Source of the DNA: a virus | Taxonomy: Duplodnaviria > Caudoviricetes | Virus record (IMG/VR): IMGVR_UViG_3300022936_000004 | Location: 1-43,537 of that record | Strand: one strand, 5' to 3' | Length of the DNA stretch: 43,537 bases | Translations under genes and position numbers: made by a program | The notes under the pieces: model-generated | Database searches by the model: none | The model's input: only the letters and a program-made list of their open reading frames with translations | Told to the model about the DNA's origin: nothing | In this document: positions 36,745 through 43,537 of the stretch, in pieces | Numbering within the stretch: the first letter of the stretch is position 1 | How the letters are laid out: the number at the start of each line of letters is the position of its first letter

Positions 36745-36824
36745 GCGATAGCGACACTCAGCCGTAGGCTGGAGACGGCGAAGCTGGCTCCACTCGGGAG
36801 TGGCGTGGGCCGCAAGGCATCGCC
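36745..36824 (+). repeat. Structured repeat element E9 (variant; inverted partner of E8)
   Basis: GCGATAGCGACACTCAGCCGTAGGCTGGAGACGGCGAAGCTGGCTCCACTCGGGAGTGGCGTGGGCCGCAAGGCATCGCC; shares AGACGGCGAAGCTGGCT exactly with E6. Confidence 0.8.
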
Positions 36825-36859
36825 AATACTTAATCTGGAACCAACCTAGAAGGATAGAG

Positions 36860-37069
36860 ATGATGGCCAACAAGTGGATGGCGACAATTCAATCTGCCGT
36901 GGCGGTCGCTCTAGCAGCGTGGTTTGTGCACTCCGGGCAAGCCATTTTGGCCGTGGTCACGTTAGGAATGTTCAGCTTGATACACGCGGTGTTTTTAGAC
37001 CTCTGGCGCGCCATGTCTCGGGAGCAGCGTGATCTCATCAAGGAGATTACCGAGAGCCTGCGCGCATGA
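36860..37069 (+). CDS. Two-TM membrane protein
   Basis: AAGGA RBS; hydrophobic. Confidence 0.55.
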   Translation: MMANKWMATIQSAVAVALAAWFVHSGQAILAVVTLGMFSLIHAVFLDLWRAMSREQRDLIKEITESLRA

Positions 37070-37242
37070 CCCTCACCATCAACGGTCCATTGGCTTATGA
37101 AAAGCACAAGGCAGTAGCTACCAAGGGTCTCATGACGGACACCTACTGGACAGCGTCCGATGGGATAGCAACCGGATATGGTGATACGAAAGACAAGGCT
37201 CGGCGTGAGTATCGGCGCATTACGGCATGGAGGCGGAAATGA
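37066..37242 (+). CDS. 58-aa hypothetical protein (not in the ORF track)
   Basis: ATGA overlaps at both ends; G-x-GDTK motif. Confidence 0.5.
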   Translation: MTLTINGPLAYEKHKAVATKGLMTDTYWTASDGIATGYGDTKDKARREYRRITAWRRK

Positions 37243-37724
37243 GGCACGATCTAACCATGATGCAGGTGCAGGCCGTCACGACGATGCTGCGCGATCAATT
37301 CGGCGATGACGATGAGCGCTTGCTACTCGATACGCTGGAGGGTGAAACCGACCTGTTCGAGCTGGTCCGCAAGCTACTCGACGGCATCGAAACCGACGAA
37401 GGCGATAAGGCGATCCTAGCCGAGCAGATGGATGCGCGCAAGGTTCGCCGGGATCGCTGTGATGCCCGGATCAAGGCGCGACGTGAGGCTGTGGCAGCTC
37501 TGCTGGAATGCGCGGGGCTGGATAAGCTCTCGCTGGCAGAGGCTACCCTGTCGCTGCGCAAGATGGCCCCCAAGCCGATTGTGACCGACGCCGAGGCGCT
37601 ACCGGATGAGTTCGTGACGTTCACGCGGAAACCCAATCTGGCGGCGATCAAGGAAGCCCAGACGATGCCCCCCGGCGTGGCGCTCGATAATGGTGGAACC
37701 TCGCTGACCATTCGTAGGAAATAG
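37239..37724 (+). CDS. Siphovirus Gp157-like protein
   Basis: DTLEGETD, coiled coil, D-x-LPDEF...KPN..AIKEA..PGV.L....SLTIR. Confidence 0.75.
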   Translation: MRHDLTMMQVQAVTTMLRDQFGDDDERLLLDTLEGETDLFELVRKLLDGIETDEGDKAILAEQMDARKVRRDRCDARIKARREAVAALLECAGLDKLSLAEATLSLRKMAPKPIVTDAEALPDEFVTFTRKPNLAAIKEAQTMPPGVALDNGGTSLTIRRK

Positions 37725-37727
37725 GCC

Positions 37728-38348
37728 ATGACCGAAACGATGCGGATATGGGATGCCGTCTCTAAGACGAATCCCGCTCATACAAAACAGGTCAACCAGC
37801 GCGGCGGCTTCACGGCTATCAGCGCGAACTACCAGATCATGCGCGCTACCGAGGTGTTCGGTCCTATCGGCATCGGCTGGGGCTATGACTGCGCAGAGCC
37901 GATCTTTCAGGAAACCTTGATGATCGTCCCAGTCACGTTCTGGCACGGCGACCGCTCCAACACCTTCGGGCCAATCTACGGCTGCGAGGAATGGAAGGAC
38001 AAGAATGGCCGCGTTGACAGCGATGCGCCGAAAAAGGCCATGACGGACGGAATTACCAAGGCACTGTCTCAGCTCGGGTTCAACGCCGACGTGTTCCTTG
38101 GCATGTACGACGATAACAAATACGTCGAGCGCCTGAAGCGGGAATTTGCGGAGGACAAAAAAGAGCCTTTGATCGACGACGCACAATGGGCCGACATCGC
38201 TGGCCTGATCGCCGCGACGAAGACAAGCAGCCCCGTGCTGTGTGAAAACTACAAGGTGGCATCCCTCAAGGAATTGACGGTGAGCCAGTACGAACACGCT
38301 AGGGGCATCCTGCTCAAGCGCATCACGAACGAAGAGAAGGTGGCTTAG
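37728..38348 (+). CDS. Rad52-like single-strand annealing protein
   Basis: TEVFGPIGIGW, DAPKKAMTDGITKALSQLGFNADVFLG; position before ssb. Confidence 0.65.
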   Translation: MTETMRIWDAVSKTNPAHTKQVNQRGGFTAISANYQIMRATEVFGPIGIGWGYDCAEPIFQETLMIVPVTFWHGDRSNTFGPIYGCEEWKDKNGRVDSDAPKKAMTDGITKALSQLGFNADVFLGMYDDNKYVERLKREFAEDKKEPLIDDAQWADIAGLIAATKTSSPVLCENYKVASLKELTVSQYEHARGILLKRITNEEKVA

Positions 38349-38351
38349 CCA

Positions 38352-38771
38352 ATGCAGATCATCACCATTTCCGGCAACCTTGGCCGCGATCCAGAGATGC
38401 GCTCTACGCAGGGAGGGGATACCGTTCTCTCGTTCAGCGTCGGCGTTCAGAACGGCTTCGGTCGGGACTCCGGCAGTAACTGGTATCGCTGCTCCGTGTG
38501 GGGCAAGCGTGCCGACTCGCTCAATTCGATCATGCGCAAGGGACAACGGGTTTTCGTGACCGGCGCGCTGACTATCGGCGAATACAACGGCAAGCCGCAA
38601 TATGACGTGCGGGTGTCCGAGGTGGACGTTGTGAAGGGTGTCGGCAATAGCGACACCCCTAGCGATGAACCTCGTCAGACGGGCGGCGGTGGTGGCGGTT
38701 ACACCAATGACGATCTAGACGACGATGTACCGTTTGCTCATCCCTATCCCGGTAGGAATAGGAATATCTGA
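38352..38771 (+). CDS. ssb: Single-stranded DNA-binding protein
   Basis: GNLGRDPE, W-x-R-x-x-VWGK, KG..V.V.G, acidic DDDVPF tail. Confidence 0.92.
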   Translation: MQIITISGNLGRDPEMRSTQGGDTVLSFSVGVQNGFGRDSGSNWYRCSVWGKRADSLNSIMRKGQRVFVTGALTIGEYNGKPQYDVRVSEVDVVKGVGNSDTPSDEPRQTGGGGGGYTNDDLDDDVPFAHPYPGRNRNI

Positions 38772-39127
38772 TGCTGCCAGCCCGCATTCCGAAAAAGGCC
38801 AAGCGCGCGACCCGGTGGAAGTCTCAGGCACATCGCGATTTTGTCCGCTCCCACGGCTGCTGCAAATGTGGCTCTACGGCTGCAATTGAGTTTGCGCACG
38901 TGCGGCTCGGGTCGGGTGCGGGCATGGGGCAAAAACCGGATGACTGGCGCGGTGTCAGCCTATGCCACGAATGCCACACCGGATCAGCCACCGCTCAGCA
39001 TAACGTTGGCGAGCGCTCGTTTTGGGTCGGCATTGATCTGGACGGGCTGATTGCGGCTTTCATCAAAGCCAGCCCGCGCCGCGCTCAGATTGAGCAAGCC
39101 ATGAGGGAGCGAGATAATGGATATTGA
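38771..39127 (+). CDS. DUF968-like putative HNH nuclease
   Basis: FVRSHGCCKCG, AHVR, GMGQKPDD, LCHECH. Confidence 0.7.
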   Translation: MLPARIPKKAKRATRWKSQAHRDFVRSHGCCKCGSTAAIEFAHVRLGSGAGMGQKPDDWRGVSLCHECHTGSATAQHNVGERSFWVGIDLDGLIAAFIKASPRRAQIEQAMRERDNGY

Positions 39128-39440
39128 CCGTGCCGTAGATGATGCCGAAAGGCTGTTCGTAGCCGCTGGCCGCGCCAAGGTGCAGGCCGAAGCCATGGAC
39201 CTTCGCCGTAAGCGGACCCGCGCCGTGCTGTTCGTCAAATACAAGGGCGACGGCAATCCAGCCGGGGCTAGCGAGCAAATGGCGGAAGCTGATCCGGTGT
39301 ACGAGCTGGCGTGTGCGGATTGGGAGAATGCCGCGCTAGAGGCTGAAACTCTTCGCGCGCAAGCGGAGGCCAAGCGGATGCGATTCGATGCATGGCGCAC
39401 CGCAAATGCGACTGAGCGCGCCAAGATGAACCTGCGGTAA
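39117..39440 (+). CDS. Helical hypothetical protein
   Basis: AEADPVY...FDAWRT..A.ER. Confidence 0.6.
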   Translation: MDIDRAVDDAERLFVAAGRAKVQAEAMDLRRKRTRAVLFVKYKGDGNPAGASEQMAEADPVYELACADWENAALEAETLRAQAEAKRMRFDAWRTANATERAKMNLR

Positions 39441-39452
39441 GGAGTGAGTGAT

Positions 39453-39578
39453 ATGATCGACCATAAGCCGCTCAAGGGCTTTCTCTACGCCTCTACCATG
39501 AGTGCTGTTATCGTTGGTGTGGTGGTGTTCTGGTATTTCGTGTGGACGGCTTTCCGGAGATTGTGCTGTGAGGGTTGA
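39453..39578 (+). CDS. 41-aa single-TM protein (not in the ORF track)
   Basis: AAGGAG RBS; MIDHKPLKGFLYASTMSAVIVGVVVFWYFVW. Confidence 0.5.
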   Translation: MIDHKPLKGFLYASTMSAVIVGVVVFWYFVWTAFRRLCCEG

Positions 39579-39705
39579 CGCGGTCTGTACGCTCATCGCC
39601 TTCCTGTGTGCGGGAGCGCATATCACTGAAGGTGCCCACTGGTTGCCTCGGGTATGCATACTCGGCATGTCCCTGATCGTCGGTGGCGTTATCGCGCACC
39701 GCTTG

Positions 39706-39734
39706 TGGACAGACAAGAGGGGTTAGGGTATATG
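39706..39734 (+). promoter_or_regulatory. Promoter TGGACA-N17-TATATG
   Basis: Near-consensus hexamers with 17-bp spacing, followed by an ORF-free structured stretch. Confidence 0.5.
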
Positions 39735-39737
39735 AGA

Positions 39738-39912
39738 GATAGGCTGCTGGTTGCAGCTAGGAAGGGTACAGTGGCGCAGCCGAGGCCCAACCGAAAGGAA
39801 TCCTGCGTTCGGAGTGGTGGACGAAATTGGTAAGTAGGTCGCGGGCAGATGCCTAGAAGCAGCGTCCCAAAGCCAAGCCTGACAGTCGGGAAAGACCGAC
39901 ACCCTACCCATT
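39738..39912 (+). ncRNA. Candidate ~170-nt small RNA
   Basis: Follows the promoter; stems GCTGC/GCAGC, CC-GAAA-GG, GTCGG-GAAAGA-CCGAC; no convincing ORF. Confidence 0.4.
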
Positions 39913-39948
39913 CAACCGCTTGTCAGACCTGAGTGCCGCCATCCCCGT

Positions 39949-40140
39949 TCACAGCGACTGAATCCGAGAATGCAGATCGTCGCTCTTTGCCATATGCTCG
40001 GCGTACGCGGCCTTGAGCTTCTCCTGATCGCCCTCGTTCAGCGTGCCGACCACGCTATCAAACAGGGCCTTGAACGCAGGGAGGTGCGAACCGGCGAGCT
40101 TCATCGCCATGAGAATGCCTTCGATCATGTCAGCTACCAA
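39949..40140 (-). CDS. Small hypothetical protein, last gene of the lysis operon
   Basis: 63 aa overlapping the lipoprotein gene end. Confidence 0.55.
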   Translation of the reverse strand: MVADMIEGILMAMKLAGSHLPAFKALFDSVVGTLNEGDQEKLKAAYAEHMAKSDDLHSRIQSL

Positions 40141-40483
40141 TCAGTTGCAGGAGGGCGGAAATGGCGCTCTGAGCTTCAGCGGCGGCCATAGAGTAGCTAG
40201 GGGCGTTCCCGGCGCGGTAAGCCGCTCTCACCGATACAACGGCCTCGTACGCCTTTCTATCGGCGGCTTGAATGCGGGCCTTCAGTGCGGGGCTGAACGG
40301 GCGAACATCGTTGACCGCGAGGACGGCCTGAGCAGCGGCCTGATATGCCAGTTCCACGCCGATCGCCAGTTTTTCGTCAAGCACGGTAGCATTGGCGTAG
40401 GTTGCCGGAGCGGTGAGCGCCGATAACGGCCCACAAGCGGACAGGCTCAAGATGGCGGCTAGGGGGAGAAATAGGCGCTTCAT
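40130..40483 (-). CDS. Lipoprotein, spanin-like candidate
   Basis: Signal peptide with lipobox LSAC; in the lysis cluster. Confidence 0.6.
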   Translation of the reverse strand: MKRLFLPLAAILSLSACGPLSALTAPATYANATVLDEKLAIGVELAYQAAAQAVLAVNDVRPFSPALKARIQAADRKAYEAVVSVRAAYRAGNAPSYSMAAAEAQSAISALLQLIGS

Positions 40484-40707
40484 GGGGTTTCATCCTCTTT
40501 GACCGCGACGGGATCGCCGGGTTTTCCAGTAGGCGTATCAGAAGGCTTTTCATTCGTAGACCGAGCTGGGCGCGCCAACATGCCAAGGATGCCCACAAGA
40601 CCCGTCATAATGGCTAGGTCTGAACCCGTCCCACCGATCTTCGACAGCAGAACGATAGCTGCCAGCGTAGCGATGAAGGTGACCAGATTGCGGATATCCT
40701 CGGTCAT
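40480..40707 (-). CDS. Two-TM holin-like protein (start revised to MTEDIRNL)
   Basis: Two TM helices and a charged tail; ATGA-coupled to the endolysin. Confidence 0.5.
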   Translation of the reverse strand: MTEDIRNLVTFIATLAAIVLLSKIGGTGSDLAIMTGLVGILGMLARPARSTNEKPSDTPTGKPGDPVAVKEDETP

Positions 40708-41138
40708 TTCGGCAATCCTGACATATACGGGGCCTTTCCGGTCGGCGTTCGCAGCACGGACTTGCGCGCACGGCCCTTCCGGTAGCTGCAATGAATCCAG
40801 CCCGCGTTCGGGTCGGTCGCAGAATATGCTTCCAAAATGAGCTGATCGAACGTCAGGTGATCCCTGATCCAGCGTGCAACCTCGATGTTGGGCACGCCCG
40901 GAATCTCAAAGTCAGCGGCCTCTCCCTTGCCGTGCTGGCTTGCCGGGGTGAACACGCGGTAGCCTGAGGTGATCCTTACAGGCCGTCCGAAGTATTTGCG
41001 CACCGGCTCAAGCACGTTTACGCAAAGGGCCTTCAGCGCCTCAATCTGCGTATCGTTGGGGGTGTTGTTCAGCCCTCGCGCCTTAGCAGTATCCGACTTG
41101 GTGAACTCGGCTAGGGTGAAGTGTGGGGAGAGGTTCAT
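40704..41138 (-). CDS. Endolysin, peptidase M15A (D-Ala-D-Ala carboxypeptidase fold)
   Basis: LSPHFTLAEF, ITSGYR, SQH..GEAAD, WIHCS. Confidence 0.88.
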   Translation of the reverse strand: MNLSPHFTLAEFTKSDTAKARGLNNTPNDTQIEALKALCVNVLEPVRKYFGRPVRITSGYRVFTPASQHGKGEAADFEIPGVPNIEVARWIRDHLTFDQLILEAYSATDPNAGWIHCSYRKGRARKSVLRTPTGKAPYMSGLPK

Positions 41139-41527
41139 TTCTTCGTCTCCGGTGCCCGGTCCATTGCCCTCAACATCGCGGCGAAGTCTGGCTGGAGCAG
41201 CGCACCGTCACCCGCACTGAGCTGAAGCTGGCGCATTTGCAGAACCATGCCGCTGATAAGCCCTTGTAGCCTATTCACTTCCTCGCGTAAAATGCGCTGG
41301 CCTTCGAGGCATTCATCATGGCGCTTGTCCCCGGCTATGATTTGGCGTTCTAGGCGCTCAATCTCACGTTCGCGGTGATCGCGCTCTTTCGAGACTGAAC
41401 TACTCCAAGCCTCCAGAACGGCGGGCAATCCCTTCCACCACGCCACAGCCGCCATCGCCACCAAGACCCAGATTCCCACCCCTCCCGGAGTGAGTTTCGC
41501 GATTGTCGAGACGAACCATTCTTCCAT
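41135..41527 (-). CDS. Membrane-anchored coiled-coil lysis-associated protein (holin/antiholin candidate)
   Basis: N-terminal TM followed by coiled coil; directly upstream of the endolysin. Confidence 0.5.
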   Translation of the reverse strand: MEEWFVSTIAKLTPGGVGIWVLVAMAAVAWWKGLPAVLEAWSSSVSKERDHREREIERLERQIIAGDKRHDECLEGQRILREEVNRLQGLISGMVLQMRQLQLSAGDGALLQPDFAAMLRAMDRAPETKK

Positions 41528-41530
41528 CAG

Positions 41531-41980
41531 TCACGCTTTTTCCGTGAAACGTGCTGGGAGTAGCGAACGAAGAAGATGACGCCAAAGGTCACGAACAGAA
41601 AGACCGCCATCCACCCCTCCCGCAACGCACAGCATCAGCGCGAAAGTCGCGTTAAGGCCATGGGCGTATGCTACAAACCATTGATGCCCCGTCAAATAAT
41701 CGAACGCGTGCAATCCCAAGCGCATATAGCAAATAGCTGCGATCTGCACGGGCCATTTAGCGCCATTCTCGATTGAAATCAGAACGCAGAAGAAGCCGAT
41801 TAGCCAATCCGCCATCGGGAGCCAGTCCATTGCGCCGCAGAGCCAAGCGGTATTGGCAATCCCCCAATAGGCGCACAGCAACGCTGCTACCGAGATACGC
41901 GATTTGTCATGCGAAAGCGCGGCCAACCCGAAGGCGACCGCGCTCGCTAGTCCCAACAAGGTCGGGACAATCCAGATCAC
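41531..41980 (-). CDS. Multi-pass membrane protein
   Basis: 4-5 hydrophobic segments. Confidence 0.6.
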   Translation of the reverse strand: MIWIVPTLLGLASAVAFGLAALSHDKSRISVAALLCAYWGIANTAWLCGAMDWLPMADWLIGFFCVLISIENGAKWPVQIAAICYMRLGLHAFDYLTGHQWFVAYAHGLNATFALMLCVAGGVDGGLSVRDLWRHLLRSLLPARFTEKA

Positions 41981-42111
41981 GGCTTGTTGAACTCGTCTTC
42001 TTTCGGGTCCGTGGGAACGGGTGTTGGCGATGGTGACGGCGATGGACTTGGCGGGGGCGCGGGCGGGATTTGCGCGTTGATATCGAAGGCGCGGTTTACA
42101 ATGTCGAACAT
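41977..42111 (-). CDS. 44-aa Pro-rich peptide MFDIVNRAFDINAQIPPAPPPSPSPSPSPTPVPTDPKEDEFNKP (not in the ORF track)
   Basis: Strong AAGGAGGAG RBS; GTGA overlap with the next gene. Confidence 0.65.
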   Translation of the reverse strand: MFDIVNRAFDINAQIPPAPPPSPSPSPSPTPVPTDPKEDEFNKP

Positions 42112-42127
42112 GGTTACTCCTCCTTGG

Positions 42128-43015
42128 TTAAGCGGCGATGCAGGGGACTTTGTACGCTACCCCAGCGGCATCATACAGAATCATGTACTTGTCCGGGGTG
42201 AACGTTCCAGACGCGGCATTGGTGTCAGTGGTGATCTTGCCCTGAACCTTGGTAAAATCGCTGTCATCGGCGGCTCGGACCTGAATGCCGCTACCGTCGC
42301 GCTTGATGGCCGGGAAGGCAGCGGTAAAGCCGCCGACGCCGAACATGTTGGTGCCAGCGCGATAGAGGTGCGTGTCCAGCGGAGTGGTGCCACCGGGTCC
42401 CATGGCGATAAACGGGACGTTCGTTCCGCTCAGACCGGAGTAGAAGCGCGAGGTGGTTTCGCCCGTGACGGTGCAACTCATACCCCGCTGGGTGTTGAAC
42501 AGGGGAGCGAAAAGGATGCCCTGCCCGTTGAACCGGGCAAGCGTGGTCCACGTGCTGCCATCGAACCGGCCGATATGCAGCGGGTCATCGCTAACGTTTT
42601 CTACCGAAATCGACACTACCGGATTGGCGCGTGACGGAGTCTGGCCGTAATTGTTGAAGTCGATTGTCTTGCCGAGCGCGGAGGCGGCTTCATATCCGGT
42701 GAAAATAACGCGAGGGGAGATATAGCCCTCAAACTCAAACCGGCTATTATTCGCGATCTGCGTAATCGCCCCGTTGCTTTCGAGGGAGAGACGGTTTGAG
42801 CCAAGCCCTCGGATCACCGCCGTATTGCCGACTAGGCCGTTCTCCCAATACCAGCGGAAAACTTGGGCCGGATATCCTGTGCTTGGATTGATCTGCGAGG
42901 TAAGGGCCATCTCACCCTGATTACCAGCCCGCATGATTCCGCCGAGCGATCCCGCTCCGCTGTCTACGAGAACCTGACCAGTGGGGGTCGTGGGGAATGT
43001 AACTGTATCAACCAT
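42128..43015 (-). CDS. Second tail fibre/receptor-binding protein, paralogue of the origin-spanning gene (start revised to MVDTVTF)
   Basis: Shared central and C-terminal motifs such as VQGK(I/L)TT and LYDAAG.AYKVP. Confidence 0.75.
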   Translation of the reverse strand: MVDTVTFPTTPTGQVLVDSGAGSLGGIMRAGNQGEMALTSQINPSTGYPAQVFRWYWENGLVGNTAVIRGLGSNRLSLESNGAITQIANNSRFEFEGYISPRVIFTGYEAASALGKTIDFNNYGQTPSRANPVVSISVENVSDDPLHIGRFDGSTWTTLARFNGQGILFAPLFNTQRGMSCTVTGETTSRFYSGLSGTNVPFIAMGPGGTTPLDTHLYRAGTNMFGVGGFTAAFPAIKRDGSGIQVRAADDSDFTKVQGKITTDTNAASGTFTPDKYMILYDAAGVAYKVPCIAA

Positions 43016-43111
43016 TTTTGCTTTCTCCCGAGAGTCCGCGCTGTCGTTGCAGCGCACCATTTTTGTAGAAAATGGTGGGAGTTTTGTCTCGCAAATGCGT
43101 TGTAATGCATT

Positions 43112-43249
43112 TCATTCCGTGCTTATATCGGGAATTGGCCACCCGCGTTCGGTCAATTCCGCAGCCAACTGCTCGGCTCTATCGGTCTCTCCCATCTGCA
43201 CGGCAACGGTATAATCCCGCGTCAGATAAACTTGTTCGTTCTCGCTCAT
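43112..43249 (-). CDS. 45-aa acidic protein MSENEQVYLTRDY... (not in the ORF track; possible fibre chaperone)
   Basis: GAGG RBS 11 nt after the tail gene stop. Confidence 0.5.
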   Translation of the reverse strand: MSENEQVYLTRDYTVAVQMGETDRAEQLAAELTERGWPIPDISTE

Positions 43250-43260
43250 TTTGACCCTCG

Positions 43261-43410
43261 TTACAGCAGTTCGGCAGGCACTTTGTAGGCCGTTCCCGCC
43301 GCATCATAAAGAACCAGATATCCCGTTGGGGCGGTGGCTCCCCCGGTATAGCCCGTTTCTGTCGTCAGCTTGCCTTGCACGTTGGCGAATCCTCCAGCGC
43401 CATTATTGGC
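43261..43410 (-). CDS. 3' end of the origin-spanning tail fibre gene
   Basis: In frame with the ORF starting at 1332 once the terminal repeat is collapsed. Confidence 0.8.
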   Translation of the reverse strand, partial: ANNGAGGFANVQGKLTTETGYTGGATAPTGYLVLYDAAGTAYKVPAELL

Positions 43411-43537
43411 CTTAAGCCAACTAGCCGAGGTGCGCTCTAGAATGAGGTCGTTGTTCGTGACCGGAGTAGCACCCTGCGCGCCAGTGGTCACGACTGCGCC
43501 AACATCTGCGCCGATGCATAGACTTCGGAAGAAGGCA
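43411..43537. repeat. 127-bp terminal direct repeat (copy 2)
   Basis: Identical to 1-127. Confidence 0.95.

Noticed and set aside
21230-36824. Elements as a CRISPR array, tRNAs or intrinsic terminators
   Set aside because: Dispersed, in both orientations and sequence-divergent; no T-loop/anticodon/CCA pattern; no U-tracts; several lie inside translated ORFs
21230-36824. Elements as hammerhead ribozymes (because of CGAAA)
   Set aside because: No CUGANGA core, and the GAAA position varies (GAGA, GATA) in step with its pairing partner
37599-38600. 333-aa minus-strand ORF (and 33654-34409)
   Set aside because: Shadow of the SSAP/ssb and Nmad5-like genes
42128-43410. Diversity-generating retroelement (VR/TR) between the two tail gene 3' ends
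   Set aside because: Differences are not adenine-specific, DNA identity is modest, and no reverse transcriptase is present
43411-43537. Terminal repeat as a biological direct terminal repeat
   Set aside because: Exactly 127 bp and falls mid-gene; typical of an assembler k-mer overlap

Overview
The window is an apparently complete, circularly permuted ~43.4 kb tailed-phage genome. Bases 1-127 are identical to 43411-43537, giving a unit length of 43,410 bp. The virion module is P22-like (podovirus type): terminase, portal, scaffold, coat, gp4/gp10-like tail hub, three ejection proteins and tail/receptor-binding proteins, followed by an M15A endolysin lysis cluster. The early region is lambdoid-like and diverges from a control region at ~33.6 kb. 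A Cro-like gene, replication/nuclease genes and many small accessory genes run leftward; Nmad5-like, Gp157-like, Rad52-like SSAP and SSB genes run rightward. I found no CI repressor or integrase. The most striking unexplained signal is a family of at least nine 80-92 bp elements in the accessory regions. Their primary sequence is divergent, but they share a co-varying multi-hairpin fold rich in c-GNA-g triloops. In three places they form inverted pairs that bracket a gene or protein domain like a cassette. Two further ORF-free, highly structured regions (~28.8-29.25 kb and ~39.74-39.91 kb) look like ncRNAs or an origin. A 493-aa tail gene crosses the assembly origin and is a paralogue of the downstream 295-aa tail gene. 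All product calls come from motif recognition by eye, not database searches.
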